64,000 bases of DNA from Octopus vulgaris (Eukaryota). A program made the translations under genes and the position numbers. Shown here in pieces: positions 14,146-27,214 of this stretch (position 1 is the stretch's first letter; each line of letters opens with the position of its first letter). The notes beneath the pieces are model-generated. The model had not been told where the DNA came from and searched no databases. It saw only the letters and a list, made by a program, of their open reading frames with translations. The stretch spans positions 38,378,001-38,442,000 of the forward strand of contig OX597817.1 in the NCBI GenBank assembly GCA_951406725.2. The letters run 5' to 3'.

Positions 14146-14878
14146 TGTGGGTGTGAGGTGTAAACACTTGTTAAACGCAGCACATTCCGAATGATCTAAT
14201 TACGTGTGTATGTGTAGGTGCGTGTGAGCGTACACGCGCACACACAATAGATCGCTCTGAATGTATTTTCACAATCTCAGACCGGGTTTTTTCCAATTGT
14301 ATATAATCGCATTCGCTTTATTTCCCCTTGCTCGTACTAGTAGTTTTGCATCCAATTCTTCGTGACCAAGTGCTATGTATAACAATGCTTCCTGGGAATT
14401 TGTTCTTTTCTTAATCGGTTGAGAAAAAATGCGAGTAGTTACTGAAGTGTCCATATATCCCAGAACGTTAACACAGAATATATGCATTGGTAAATACAAG
14501 CCTATTTACTTTCTAGGAGTATATTCGAAGTTCATTCTTAGCATTTATTTATTCCACATACACATAAATCATAGCTATCCCACTCACACACACTCTCTCT
14601 CCCTCTTTCAAGTTTCTCAAATGTAACAACTAGGTTTTCTACTCTGCACTGATAATCTCATTACTTTTGTTTCTACTCGCACCTCTCCTATCAGCTAGCC
14701 TCATACAGTCCAGAGGTACATCCAAGACCGCGGCCCAATCATCTACTGACACAAAAGAACGCGACATCCCAAGGAAAACCTCCAAACAGCTGACAAAATC
14801 CGCCTACCCCCCCCCCCCAATTGGTCCATACATAGTCTGAAGGCACCGCTGTCGTTATGTCCAGGATCACCAACTTAC

Positions 14879-14919
14879 CACCCGGTCTCAAATCAACCAT
14901 ATCACGAAGCCCAGTCTTT
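14879..14919 (-). CDS. Candidate 41-nt internal exon of the minus-strand host gene
   Basis: ctgtttcag|AAAGACT...CCGGGTG|gtaagt. Joined to the 15607 donor it reads open: MRLG-KTGLRDMVDLRPG. Confidence 0.3.
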
Positions 14920-15606
14920 CTGAAACAGCACCACTACCGGTTGTCAAGCGCAGGTGGGAGGGTGAACACAGACGCAAGGACATGGACACACATACACACA
15001 CACACACACACGCGTACACATACATACACGCATACAGATATCTTTTGTTTTGGTCTTACCCACGATCTTTATACAATATATATATATAGGAGAGGAAAAA
15101 ATAATAAGGCAGAATGCTAAATTGAAAGTAAATTTTAGTAAAAATGGGTGTATGAAAAATTAAAAAAAGAAAAAAGAAATCTAACCAGCTTTCATTGCAA
15201 GGCAAAAATTTCAAGATTTGGAAGAGGAAAAAAATATTTTTTTAAATTGAGGAAGGGGAAAAAATAAATTTACAATGTCTTTTTTTTTCAAAAAATAATA
15301 ATACATATATACAAAAATTAATGAATAAGTATACCGGTACATTGTAGTGTCTTTATGCTTTTTAGAGTTCAATATTAGTCCTTGGAAAAACTTCTTTGGA
15401 GGATTAGGATGCATATGTTAAAGTGTAGTGTTTTGTTTGAAAAGGTTGTGTGTGTGTGTGTGTGTGTGTGTGTGTCAAAACAGGAAATGGGGTGGGAGTT
15501 ATTCAGTTCCGGTGAATAAGGGGAGACAATTCTGTGGATTTTATACTTTTTAATTGGAATACTGAATCAGTCTTAAATAAAACAGGAGCCCGCCGAATTG
15601 CCTTAC

Positions 15607-16369
15607 CCTAGACGCATAACTGGTGTCCTACTATATATCGTCGAGAGCCCTTTCAATCTGGGCGTCTGGAAGAGTTTTCAGTCGCCTAGATTTAATCTAG
15701 GTGAATCTGAAAGTAACTGTTTCTTAGAAGCTGCAGCAAGAATTTCGGGGATGGGGGACAAGCTCTGCTCTACCGACCCGACCTCAATTTTCCTAAATTT
15801 AGCTGGATCCGCCAGTTATGAAGATTCATCCTCCAAGGAGAGAGTGAAAAGGTCTTTTGTGGCAGCCATCCCAGTGAAAGAAACCTTAGTATTGTTGCTG
15901 TTCGTGGTGTTGTTACAGCTCTTGATGCTGATCCTGCCGCTACTACTTTCTAATCTGCTGCCTCCAATCCTTTTATTGTCGCTATTGACGTTAGTGCTGC
16001 TGCAGCCAATATTGCTATTGCTGTTGTTGCTACCACTATTTCCTGCTGTTGCTGTTTGGCCGCCGCTACGGCTGCTTTTGCGAACGCTGTTGTTGCTGCT
16101 GCTCTTGTTGTTGTTATAACTGACGCCGCAGGTGCTGATGGTCTTGTTGCTGTTACAGCTGCTCTCCTTTGTTGGACTTCGAACTATGGTCAATGTAGCG
16201 TTCTCCTCCCCTTCCATGACTAGACTGCTATCTTCACAAGCATTATTAATGATGGTAATGATATTGTTGTTGTTCTCCATTACATGCTCTCTAATGAAGC
16301 TGGTAGTGGTGTGAGACTCTCTTACTACCTCCTCATTGAAACAGTTTGTGGGCGTTTGTGCTGCCATAA
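15607..16369 (-). CDS. Large exon of an unidentified host gene containing a 183-aa Ser/Asn-rich ORF (15816-16367)
   Basis: A strong acceptor (T-tract...gcgttctaag|) lies immediately before TT-ATG, and a canonical donor gg|gtaag lies at 15607. The sequence is unique and higher in GC. The peptide is low-complexity and poly-N/S-rich, with no recognisable domain. Confidence 0.6.
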
Positions 16370-16583
16370 CTTAGAACGCAAAAAAAAAAAAACAGACGAC
16401 AGCGACATAAAATTACTTGAGTTGTGCCCTTTAGGGTACAATTTGGTGATTCCATTCTTTGCCAAAGTGAAGCTGGTATAAACTAACTGCTGAATAAAAG
16501 AATTTCTAACAAACAAAATTTAGCAAACTATCAGGGTCAATGTAAACACGTCTGAGCAAGTCAATAATAATAATAATAATAAT

Positions 16584-16795
16584 CCTTTTTACTATAGGTA
16601 CAAGGCCTGAAATTTTGGGGGAGGGGACAGTGGATTGCATCCACTCCAGTACGTAACTGGTTCTTAATTTATCGACCTCGAAAGGATGTAAAGCAAAGTC
16701 GACCTCGCCGGAATTTGATCCCAGTACGTAAAGACGGACGAAATACCGCTAAATATTTTGCCCAGCATACTAAAGATCCTGCCAGCTCACCGCCT
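16584..16795 (-). mobile_element. SINE family A, full length
   Basis: Reverse complement: ggcggtgagctggcagga...caaattccggcgaggtcgactttgctttacatcctttcgaggtcgataaattaag...ggccttgtacctatagtaaaaagg plus (ATT)n. Confidence 0.88.
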
Positions 16796-16804
16796 TTCCT
16801 GCTA

Positions 16805-16814
16805 AATAATGATG

Positions 16815-16887
<73 letters not shown>
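16805..16887. repeat. (AAT)n microsatellite
   Basis: Direct reading. Confidence 0.97.
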
Positions 16888-17057
16888 GTTTTTATTGGCC
16901 GCAGAGGCTTAAGACATGGAGAACAATATCGGAGGACGAGTTACAGCACACAAATAAAAAACAAAAACAAAATGGGGTTTACATCGATCAAAGAGAGATA
17001 CTACCACATTAAGGGATACAACAGATGATATTATAGAAATTAGAGAAATAGATAATG

Positions 17058-17059
17058 AA

Positions 17060-17094
<35 letters not shown>

Positions 17095-17830
17095 ACAAAC
17101 AAATAATTATAATCCCCATTAGCGAGGCAGTCGACTTAGGGAAATCCGGGGTAAACCCCATGCAAAAATCCCACATTACTCTGCCATCCCCAAAGTAAGG
17201 GAAAGTACTCTCTTCCAGTTTCTTCCTGCTTAGAAAAGGATACTCAGAGTCGATCTATTCAGTCTCACCAGTTTTGCCACTGTCAACAACCTTTTCATAA
17301 ACATACTAGAAGGCAGCGACTCCCTCTCTACCCTCACCTTCCACTTGAAATGATATTTGAAGAAATTGATGAGGACTTGGCCAGATAGGAAAGTGCCTGT
17401 CTTCAAACCTTTCAGACGGGTCCACCACACAGCCTCTTTTACCACCGCCCCTAAGCAGTGAAGGATCTGCCTTCCTTCTCTGCTAAAGGAAGATGATGTG
17501 TCGATCTTCACTATACACCCAACAGACAACTGAATTCGTTTTACACGAGACAGCAGCTGCTCCACAAAATCCCACAACACTCTATTGCACGGACATTGAA
17601 TTATTGCATACAGGACAGTTTTGCCCCCAGCAAGCATCTCGGGTAGGTTCGGCTGTTGGCTCTTCCATACCTGAAGCTTGTCTTGTACAGGCAATGCACC
17701 TCTTTTAGCACTGCCATGCCAAAGACTTTTGGAAATTGTACATGATCTTCGACCCGGGGGTCCTCCGGAAGAGACTACTCAGACTGTACTCGTCGATGCC
17801 TAGAATAGTCTGAGTAGTCTCATTCGGATG
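17058..17830 (-). mobile_element. L1/Tx1-clade LINE 3' end (zf-RVT-like C-terminus, 3'UTR, (ATTT)n tail)
   Basis: FQKSLAWQC..ALPVQDKL...TVLYAIIQCP...LWDFVEQLL...KEAVWWTR matches the L1/Tx1 ORF2 C-terminal pattern. It ends in an ATTT tandem tail. Confidence 0.8.
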
Positions 17831-17844
17831 ACGATGATGATTTC

Positions 17845-18040
17845 AAATTTGGGTACAAAGACTGTAATTTCTGGAGTGGGTTACTCGATTAAATCGACCT
17901 CAGTACTTGACAGGTACTTTATTTTATCGACCTTAAAAGGATGAAAGGCAAAGTTGATTCAAATTTAGTACGTAAAAACCTGCAAGAAATACTGCAAAGC
18001 ATTTTTCCGAGGCGCTAACGATTCTGCCAGCACGCCGTCT
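17845..18040 (-). mobile_element. SINE family A
   Basis: ggcgtgctggcagaatcgttagcg...ctttgcctttcatcc...gtcgataaaataaagtacc on the minus strand. Confidence 0.85.
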
Positions 18041-18044
18041 TAAT

Positions 18045-18086
<42 letters not shown>

Positions 18087-18771
18087 AATAATAATAGTAA
18101 TAATAATAATAATGAACGGGAGTAAGTTCGCAAAGTAGTAAATTGACGAGAAATGGGTGTTTTAGTATAAAATGGGGGTATCCGTTGTCGTTTTTCAGTT
18201 CCAGCTGACCGATTTCACTACAAGACTATTCCAGTGAACTGTACCACTCGGCAACATCTGGATCCCTCGGCAAATTCAAGAACAGCAACAATGTTAGCAA
18301 CAACAACAACATCAACAATAACAACAACAAAAACAACATGAACAGTAGCAATTTGCATACCTCTATAAAATGTGTATTTATGTATACTTATGTATTTTTT
18401 ACAGAAAACAGCGTTTTCAGACCTTAAATGCAATTATGTGTGTGTTTGTGTGTGTGTGTGTGTGCGCGCACGCGTGCGTTTGTGTGTGTGTGTGTGTGTG
18501 TGCGCACGCGTGCGTTTGTGTGTGTGTGTGTGTGTGTATGAGTGTGCATGTGTGTGTGTATGTGTGTCTGTGTGTCTGTATGTGTGTGTGTGTGTGTGTT
18601 ATGCTTGTATGTATGTTATTTAGCTTTTATTTTTTAAAATTCTCGCCAACAGAGAAAGGGCCAGTTTCTAACCTAGATCCAAGGCTCCTTCATTCGAATT
18701 TCAATGGTAGGTAGGTGGGTAGGTAGGTAGGTACCTCATGCGATGGCCCTCATGAGATAACATGAGTGCTA

Positions 18772-19056
18772 TCGCATGTATAAATATGTAGTGTACATAT
18801 AAATATGCTTATATGTCTATACGTGTATATGTGTCTATTATAGGCTATATATCTGGAATGTTCTACATATTTTCACAACACCATTAATGGTTTGTAATTA
18901 TAATATTTTAGTTAGCTGTACTCTTTCTAATTTTGTGAGGCGTGTGTGCGCATGTATATTATAATGTAGGTGTACATATAAATATGTTCGTATGTCTATA
19001 CGTGTATATGTGTCTATTATAGGCTATATTTCTGGAATGTTTTACATATTTTCACA
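18772..19056. repeat. Direct duplication of a ~105-bp segment (period ~177 bp)
   Basis: gcatgtata...gtgtacatataaatatg...tatgtgtctattataggctatat.tctggaatgtt.tacatattttcaca occurs at 18772 and 18948. Confidence 0.85.
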
Positions 19057-19327
19057 GTTCCATAAATGCTTTCTTAACTTTTCGATATTGGATGCTGAAG
19101 CAGTTATTAACCACAATAAAGTGCTCCAGCAATCACAATTATAGTATAAAGTTATAATTTGGATGGAGAAAGTGCAGACTTCTCATTAGTTCAGGATTGA
19201 TACTTTCTTTCTTTTTTTTTGTCTTTAATATTACTTTAATATCTACTGGATTTATACTATACTCATTTTTTTCTTCGTTTAAAATCATTCTGACATTTCA
19301 CACAAATCAGCGAATATTATGTTTACC

Positions 19328-19856
19328 GATTTCTATATAGGAATGAAGATTCCGACATAGCTCAGAACGTTCGAGAATTTCCATCACTGAAGGGACAAAA
19401 ATAGACCGAAACACCAGTCTTGACGATTCCCTAACGTTATTTTGAGCGAACTTTGTGTTTTTAACATGCTAAGTCTCTTGAATTAAGTTCCACTGAGACA
19501 AAACATTAGAGCTAGCACTGTTCTGCGTTTGTATACACCGCACAAATGTCACACATCGTTATTTTAGTTTAATATTGTTTCAAGTTTTTATATCGATTTG
19601 ATTTTTAAGCCAGGACAGCTTCTACAGCGAATTGCCTTCATTTTATTTTTTCATTTTTCTGATTTCTAGTTAGAAATAAAAGATTTCGTATTAGCTTAGG
19701 ATGTTCGAAGGTGCTCGTTGACAAGAGGCCAAAGTAGGTCGAAACTTCGGTGGCTGACAATCCAACGACACCACATAGAGGGAGCTCTATGTTTTTAACA
19801 CACTCATTCTTTTAAGAAAATATTAGAACTAGCGCTGTTCTACGTTTCCGTACACA
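19328..19856 (+). mobile_element. Diverged tandem repeat (~330-bp period) with a degenerate minimal hammerhead in each unit
   Basis: Unit 1: ccatca CTGAAGG gacaaaaatagacc GAAA cacca GTC ttgacga. Unit 2: ...aagaggccaaagtaggtc GAAA cttcggtggctgacaa. Both share the downstream tgtttttaaca...attaga.ctagc.ctgttct.cgttt. Confidence 0.55.
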
Positions 19857-19896
19857 TTAATAATGTTATACATATTGTTATTATGTGTATGCATAA

Positions 19897-20106
19897 GGCG
19901 GCAAGCTGGCAGAATCGTTAGCACGTCAGGCGAACGCTTAGCAGCATTTAGTTTGTCTGCACGTTCAGTGTGCAAATTCCACCGACGTCAACTTTGCCTT
20001 TCTTCCTTTCGGGGTCAATGTGATAAGTACCAGTTGCGCCCTGGGTCGATGAAATCGACTATCCCTCTCCCCCAAATTGCAGGCCTTGTGTCTATAGTAG
20101 AAAGGG
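19897..20106 (+). mobile_element. SINE family A, full length
   Basis: ggcggcaagctggcagaatcgttagcacg...caaattccaccgacgtcaactttgcctttc...ggccttgtgtctatagtagaaagg. Confidence 0.88.
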
Positions 20107-22316
20107 TTATTATGTGTGGGCATTCGTGTGCATGTGTGTGTGTGCGCGCGCGCGTGTAGATGCATTGTAGTCGAATAGTTACGAAGTTGGCTTCACAAAT
20201 CCATGGATCCGGGTTCTAGCTCACAACATGGCATTTTGGTCAAATGCGAATTTTCTGTAACTTCGGGTCGAAAACTTGTCGAAAATTTGTCGAGTGGATT
20301 GTACCTGTAATCCAAAATATAGCTTTGTAACACAGTGTCACGCTGATTTCTCCCGCGAGATTCCAATAAGGGTACGAAATTTTAGCAGTTATATGTATGC
20401 ATTTGTCATGAGGCGTACCATAAGTAAAGTCATGAAAGGCAGCATGTAACTCGAGTACTACGAGTTTACTATACTTGAACTAGAGCCAGAGGGAGGCAAT
20501 CGTTCGTGAATTTACCATTATCTCACAGACTGAATCTCTTGAATCATATTTGGAGAAAGAATACATCGATTTTAAACATTCACCTGTTCACTTGCCTTGG
20601 TACCCTTATCAGTAGCATATATTATCAGTCATCAACAGAACAGTCCTCTGATGCTGTAACACAGGACAACCAACTGGAATATATTACAGCTGTCAGAATT
20701 TTTAATGTAAACCAGGAGGCGTAAAACTTTATATATTTACAAGCCACGTTGAATTATTTAATCTAACAAGTCTTCATTGTGTGTGTGCATTTGTTTCTTC
20801 TCAATTTTGTTATTTTTTTCCGTGAATTACCATTGATTTTATGTACACGAGGCGCAGGCATGACTGTCGTAAAGAAGTTCTCTTCAATCTCACCAGTTCC
20901 AGAGAACTTTGCGAAGATAATGGGCTCTATCCTTTTCTCCAGACTCAGCAGGTAAAATCAAAACGAAACGTGGTTTCGGATTCAGCCCCACACTACAACA
21001 CTTTGGGCAATTTTTTCTGCCATAGCTCCCGGCTGGCTAATGCCTTCGATGAGTGAATTTAGTAAACGAAGATTGTGCAGTAGCCCATCACATGAGTGTG
21101 TGCATTTTTGTTTTAGTATGTTTCTCACTGATTGACAACCATAACTTAGCAATTGAACAAAAAGAAGACTTTAGAATAAGTACCAAACTTTAAAATACTT
21201 GGATCAATTCGATCAACCAAACCCTTAAAGGTGGTGCCCCAGCATGACCATAATCTACTGACTAAAAGGAGTATAAGTGTAAAAGAGCATGAGTACATAC
21301 AGATACATGTGAATGAATATATCTCGCATCGGTTTTGATGAATGATTGTTCTGGTTGTTGCAACTAATTATACCTGCTAACTGTATTATAATTGAGTACT
21401 CTACATACATGCATAACCTTAAAGCAATTTTTTAGCCGAATCAGTGTAACAGTAAGTGCCAAGGCTAGACCTAAGATTTACTGGTACAATCTAACCGACG
21501 GACTTCTACAATGTTTCTGTGTAACGAATCTCGTTCACAAGGCCTGGGTAGATTCGAGACTCGTAGAAAGCACTAGCCTCTAAGCATACATAAATACATA
21601 CGTATATTGGTCAGTATGATCTTCAGATCTACTGATTGATGGTCAAAGACTAGATTGGCAAGAAACAGCAGTCAAAACTTCCTCAAATCATGCTCAGTTA
21701 TCTTAAGTAAATGAAGGATTCATCGAACAATATAATTCAGAGCATGAAAAAGAAGAAAAAAAACAGAGGGGGTAATGGATTTGATGTCTTTGACCACAAA
21801 CCTGAACGATTAAATCTGACCTGGGACAAAACACAACCAGAAGACCCCTCGCTGCGCTGTCAATCGATCTGCCAAAATACCATGCACCCAACGTACAATA
21901 CTGTTGAGGAGTGGTCAGGCTAGAACGTTTTTGTCCATAAATGGTAGATAAACTGTCACCTGGTTTAATACAACCACCTCGAAACTTTGAGTGCCTTAAG
22001 CGAAGCCCACTTCAGGCCAAGTTTGAAAATACATTCCACCCTCTCTGATTCTCAAATTTTGGTATAAGGCCAGCAGTTTTAAGGGTTGTGTTAAGTCGAT
22101 TACATCGATCTCAGTGCTCAACTGGTACTCCGAAAGGATGAAACGCAAAAACCGACCTTTGTGGAGTTTGAACTCAGACCGTAAAGACGGATGAAATGCC
22201 CGTAAGGCAGACTGACATTGGACTAAACAACAATTAGAACAAAAACCCAACAATTGCCCTCCTCCTCCTCTACCATCTCCTCTCCTTCATCCTCCCCCTC
22301 CTCCCCCTCCTCCCTC

Positions 22317-22349
<33 letters not shown>

Positions 22350-23779
22350 GCAGGAGCACAATTCTCTGCATAATTTACAAATAAAACACAGACACTCTGA
22401 AGCATAGTTTAGTGAATGTGTTGTTAATTCATTTTGTGAAAGTTTTTTTTATTTATTTTCCAATTAAGTTATAGTACTCTGTGTGTGTGATAGTTTGTGT
22501 GTTTGTATGTGTGTGTATTGTGTGTGTGTGTGTGTGTTTTGTGTGTGAGTGTGTGTGTGGGTGAGTGCTGTGTGTGTGTGTGTGTTGTGGGTGTATGTAT
22601 TAGTGGAAGGTAGTAGTGACACAACTTGCAATGGTGGAGGTGGTTGTGGTGGTGATGGTGGCAGTTGTTATGAAACGACCTTTGTTTAAAAGCGCAACCT
22701 GAATAATTTTACCGGCATTTGTTATTTCCAAACCGATTTTATCCACCGCAAACACACACAAAATTAGGCTAAAAGATTTCAGTTTGTTGTCTCCTGGTAT
22801 GCTTTATTTACGTATTTATTTACTACTACTACTACTACTACTACTACTATTGCTACTGCTGCTGCTGCTTCTACTGCTGATACAACTACTACTGCCGCCA
22901 CCACCACCATCCTCAACACTACCGCTACCATCACAAGTATTAGTGGTTGTATGTTAGAGCTATGACCAAAGTCAATATAAATGGAACAATCGGAAAAGAA
23001 GGACTTTCAAGACAAGCTTCTGTACAGCTTCGGTTTACTACATTTCGTTTGCAAGGTTATTGGACACTCGTGTCTACGGTGGAAGACATTTGCCTCAGGG
23101 GGTGGTACCCAAATCTTCCTAAAATCACACTCCACTCTCTAATAGAAGGATATGTTAGATAATGTGGTTCTGAGTTTTCTGTGTATAGGGAAAGTTCATG
23201 ATGACAATGGATGGTATGCATTCGATTGTTTTTCTGCTAGCTGAGGGTTGACGACCAAAGTAGCAGTATCAGTAAGAACAATAGTAAAAACAAAAATAAA
23301 ACCAAGAATATCAGTTACTACAACAGCTATAACAACCAACACAGTTGGCCTTTTCATCGTTGGTAACTCAACAAACTCTGTTGTGCCGGGACTGTTTCCA
23401 GAACTGAATGTCTTGCCCCAAGTACACTTACCACCTGTCCACTCATGGATATGCCATGAAAGAAAGACGAGCCAATACGTTTGCAGCATCCATGGAGTCG
23501 CAGTGGATGCCAGATATTGGTTAAATAAAACTGTACAGATCTTTCTTAGGGTCCCTGTAGGGTCTCTTGTAGGAATTTACTCTGTTAGCTTTCTTTAAAA
23601 CGTTCAGTAAATTACGCAATATAGCAGAAGAGCTTTATTATTATAGTGCGCATGGTTTGTGCAAAACCAGTCCTACTCTCTCGTCCTTCAAGCTTTGTTG
23701 TGGTGATTATTTAACTCCAGGTCTGCAATGATTGAAAGAGACCTAGCAGCATTTTAGATGCCAAACGTCTAATCAAGGT

Positions 23780-24560
23780 ATATGGTTGCATCTCTTTCTA
23801 TGGAGACGAGCTGCAGAAAGACGTTTCGCACGAAAGACGCACAATAATGTCAAGCATTTTGTACTCACAAGGGTAGACATTTTGGAGAGGCTATAGTTGT
23901 TTAGATGAAGTAAAGTATTTTGCTATAGACTCAGAAAGGATGAAATGTAATGTCGACCTTACTATATTTGAGGTACTTAGCTAAATATCTCATTTTGTTT
24001 TTCTGTAAGGGTTCTTTGAATGGGTGGGTGTAACTTGATTTATAACGTGATTTCAACAGAGTAGAAGTTAACTCTATATATGTGTTCATTGAGTTATTGA
24101 AGGTAAAATTGCATTGGTAAACTATATCTCTGACTATGCATTTGGAATTCAAGAGCAAGTTTAGGATTTACACAATTAGTTAGCATTGTTAGTTTGTAGA
24201 GCTGAGTTTGTATATGTTACAAGAAGTTAGGGTGTGTGAAAAATTCGGTGAAGTAGAGCATGATAATTATATGATATTCCTTCTAAATATTTTATAGAAT
24301 CTGTAAAAGTGTTTTCTACGTGGGAAAAGGATCTACCTGTCAGGTTAACTGTAGTTATGTTGAATGGAGTGTTATGTCATGTGATGTTTCTCTTCTAAAT
24401 GTATTTCTTGTACTTCTGATATGTGTAGCAGAGATGTGTAAGACGTGCTTCGTGGTAGTAAAATGCGGTTTCATTAAAGAGTTGCTTAGTGGTAAAACGA
24501 GTTCAGATTTTAAGTGAAAGCTGCTGGCAATGTGTTAATTTGTTATGTCGGCTTCCGTTG
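23780..24560 (-). mobile_element. Penelope-like retroelement remnant: RT thumb plus GIY-YIG endonuclease
   Basis: ORF 23931-24158, LLNSKCIVRDIVYQCNFTFNNSMNTYIELTSTLLKSRY, matches the PLE pattern CPL.GKC...IVYQA......TYIGLT...FK.RY. Upstream stop-riddled LFNETAFYY, KRNIT*HN and FYKIFRRNII match the PLE thumb. Confidence 0.85.
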
Positions 24561-24964
24561 CTTTTTTTTTCTTTCGCAAATTGTTTATTCTGCACTTAGG
24601 AGCTAATACAGTGGTATTCATTATATTTTATCTTTATTTCTTATTTACCGTACCCTCTTTATTTACGTAATGAATGCATGTTAAAAAGTTCACAACAACG
24701 GCATCTCGAATCCCAGAGTTTGCCGTTATTTGGGAAGTTTATTGTAAATGCATGCAGGGGGATAAAAAGATATACAGATAAATATATAACCTAAACTGTG
24801 CAACTTAGAGACAAAAACATTGCTTAGAAAACATCACGCTAAGCACTGCACATATATTATGTAGAGTACTTTCAATACAATAAAAGTATACAAAACGAAA
24901 TAAAACTCTGAACATAGCCAAGGTTATGCAGTGAAAGCAAATCATAACAATAACAATACTTCCT

Positions 24965-25175
24965 ATTCTTCTACCATAAAACAAAAAGGAAGAATGGGAA
25001 CATACGACCTATAGTTGTTGGCAACACAATAAAACTTGTTGTCTAAATATAGCATGCACATTTGCTTAAAATACAACGTGCCCATTATTTATATCCTCAT
25101 TAAATGCGTTTTGTCACTCAGAAATGGAACTGAAGCAGCCATACATGCATTGCGTTCTTTTATTAATAACAATCC
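24965..25175 (+). mobile_element. CRE/NeSL-type non-LTR RT fragment
   Basis: KNGNIRPIVVGNTIK...YLYPH*...RNGTEAAIHALRSFI matches the RPIAVG..LRRL and G.EAA.HA motifs. Confidence 0.7.
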
Positions 25176-25649
25176 CGTGAATATTTTTTCTTTTTTTTTT
25201 TAACTACATTTTCGTTACAATTTCGTTATTGTTTAGCCTCGAGTTAGCATCGATGAAGATGACCCATGACAGGAGATATTCCAATGGTAATCATTTCGCC
25301 TAGGATTACATCAGCCAATCTGTGTTTATATTCTAAGGGGAGACAGAGAGTAATTGGGATGGAGGAGAGATTTGGTTGTTATTTCTGGCTAGTTGAGCGA
25401 CCACATAGAGATTCTCTCGTTGACTATTTGTAGTTTAATTTTTGATGGGATTTCAAAAATATATCCAGACATTTGCTCATGCCTTCTGTCACCTTCTTGC
25501 AATGACTGTCCGACTGTCTCCTTGAAGGTGCACAACAAGATATCCAATAGGATCAATACTTCTTTAGATATTCAGCCTTTAATTAGTTAAAGTAAATTAA
25601 AATGACTGCCTGTTATTTATATAATTATTAACATTACCTGGTTTCTACG

Positions 25650-26340
25650 AAATTTAGGCACAAGAAAATTAGTCTTAATGGGAGCAGGTTAGTTGGTACT
25701 ATCGATCTCAGTATACCTGATTGGTACTTTATTTATCCACCCCCGAAGGAATAGAAGGCAAAAATCTCACAAAGAACCAGAATAAATACTTCGCAGTGTT
25801 TGCTCTGTCTCTTTGCGTTGTTTCCAAATCCTACTAAAGTCAACTGTTTTTCACCCTTTTGGGATAGATAAAATAATGTAGCAGTCAATTACTAAAATCA
25901 ATGTAATCGACTAACATATTCCTCTCAAAATTGGTGGCCTTGTGCCTAAATCAAATATCATTATTATAATATTAGCATAATGTTGGTGGATTGGCTCTTT
26001 ACCTTGAGTTCAAATCCTACCAAGCTCATCCTCGTCTATCATTCTTCAGGGGTCGATAAAATAAATTACCACTCAAGAACTGTTGTAGAAAATAATCGGC
26101 TATACTTCTCCTCGCCCAAAATGCTATTTTGTGTCTATATTAGAAATTATTATCATTAGCCTGACACCCAAGAATTAGCAGAATCAGTACAGCGTCGAGC
26201 AAAATGTCTTGCAGTATTTGTGCCGGTTACGTTCTAAGTATCCGAGGGTTGATAAAATAAAGCACCACTCAAGGACTTGGATCGATTTAATCGACTAACA
26301 ACTCAACATTGGTGGTTTTGAGTCTAAATCAAAAATCATT
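25650..26340. mobile_element. Cluster of decayed SINE family A fragments
   Basis: Repeated gagttcaaatcc...gtcgataaaataaa...aatcgact...ggccttgtgccta motifs in both orientations. Confidence 0.7.
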
Positions 26341-27023
26341 ATTATTACCTCGGACATGTCACCGAAAATTGAGTATTCGGATTTGTCTGAGTTACATTAC
26401 TGGCAATAAAGTTAAATCACGTATTCCGACGTATCACTAAAAATGGAACGGTCACATACAGAACGTCTTTGATCATAAATCTGTTGTCAGCATTCATCTG
26501 GGGTTAAACGGCAATATGCTCGTCGCCGTCATCATCATCTTGACGGTATAGAGATAAGAAGTGCAACACCTACATCTACAGACATGTTTCGACAATCAAT
26601 AAACTGAAATAAATAACCCACCAAGTTTATCTAAAATACCCCATGAAAATCATTTTCAGACAATCCCTTACGGCTCAAAGAATTCTCCTATCTTCTGGTA
26701 TCAACTAGTGCCATCTCTCGAGAAATCATTTGCCGCCAACCGTTCGATTCCATTGTGCAGTATTACAGGTAAGTGTCTTCACGGCGATAACCGCAGTTTT
26801 CAATAATACAATGCGTTGGACTGACGTGAACAGTGCAGGACCCTTTCGTATGAGTGTGAGAGAGACAGTGTGAGAGAGATCAGTGAAATATCCCACGTCT
26901 TGGAATCAGCATTGGTACTGTAAATGCATTGTGGAATACTGACTTGTTGTAAGAGGAGATTTCCGACTGCCATATTTTTCTAAGTTTGGTGCAATATTCG
27001 CAGGTCATTCTACTTTTAATTAC

Positions 27024-27200
27024 ACGCCGGGAGAAATACTTAGCAGTATTTCGTCTGTCTTTACGTTCTGAGTTCAAATTCCACCGAAGCCTTTCATCCT
27101 TTCGGGATCGATAAATTAAGTACCAGTTGCGTACTGAGGTCAATCTAAACGACTGGCCCCCTACCCCAAAATTTCGGGCCTTGTGCCTATAGTAGAAAAG
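27024..27200 (+). mobile_element. SINE family A
   Basis: cacgccgggagaaatacttagcagtatttcgtctgtctttacgttctgagttcaaattcc...gcctttcatcctttcgggatcgataaattaagtaccag. Confidence 0.88.
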
Positions 27201-27214
27201 ATTCTATCTTTATT

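Noticed and set aside
15598-16119. 173-aa Leu-rich plus-strand ORF resembling a membrane protein
   Set aside because: It is the antisense shadow of the AAC/AGC-rich minus-strand exon. It has a non-ATG start, and the splice signals support the minus strand.
18199-18341. Possible plus-strand exon after gtcgtttttcag
   Set aside because: Short frame running into a CAA repeat, with no donor or partner exons identified.
26575-26665. Minus-strand gtcGAAAcatGTC hammerhead 3' half
   Set aside because: No CUGANGA with matching stem I and II partners could be found.
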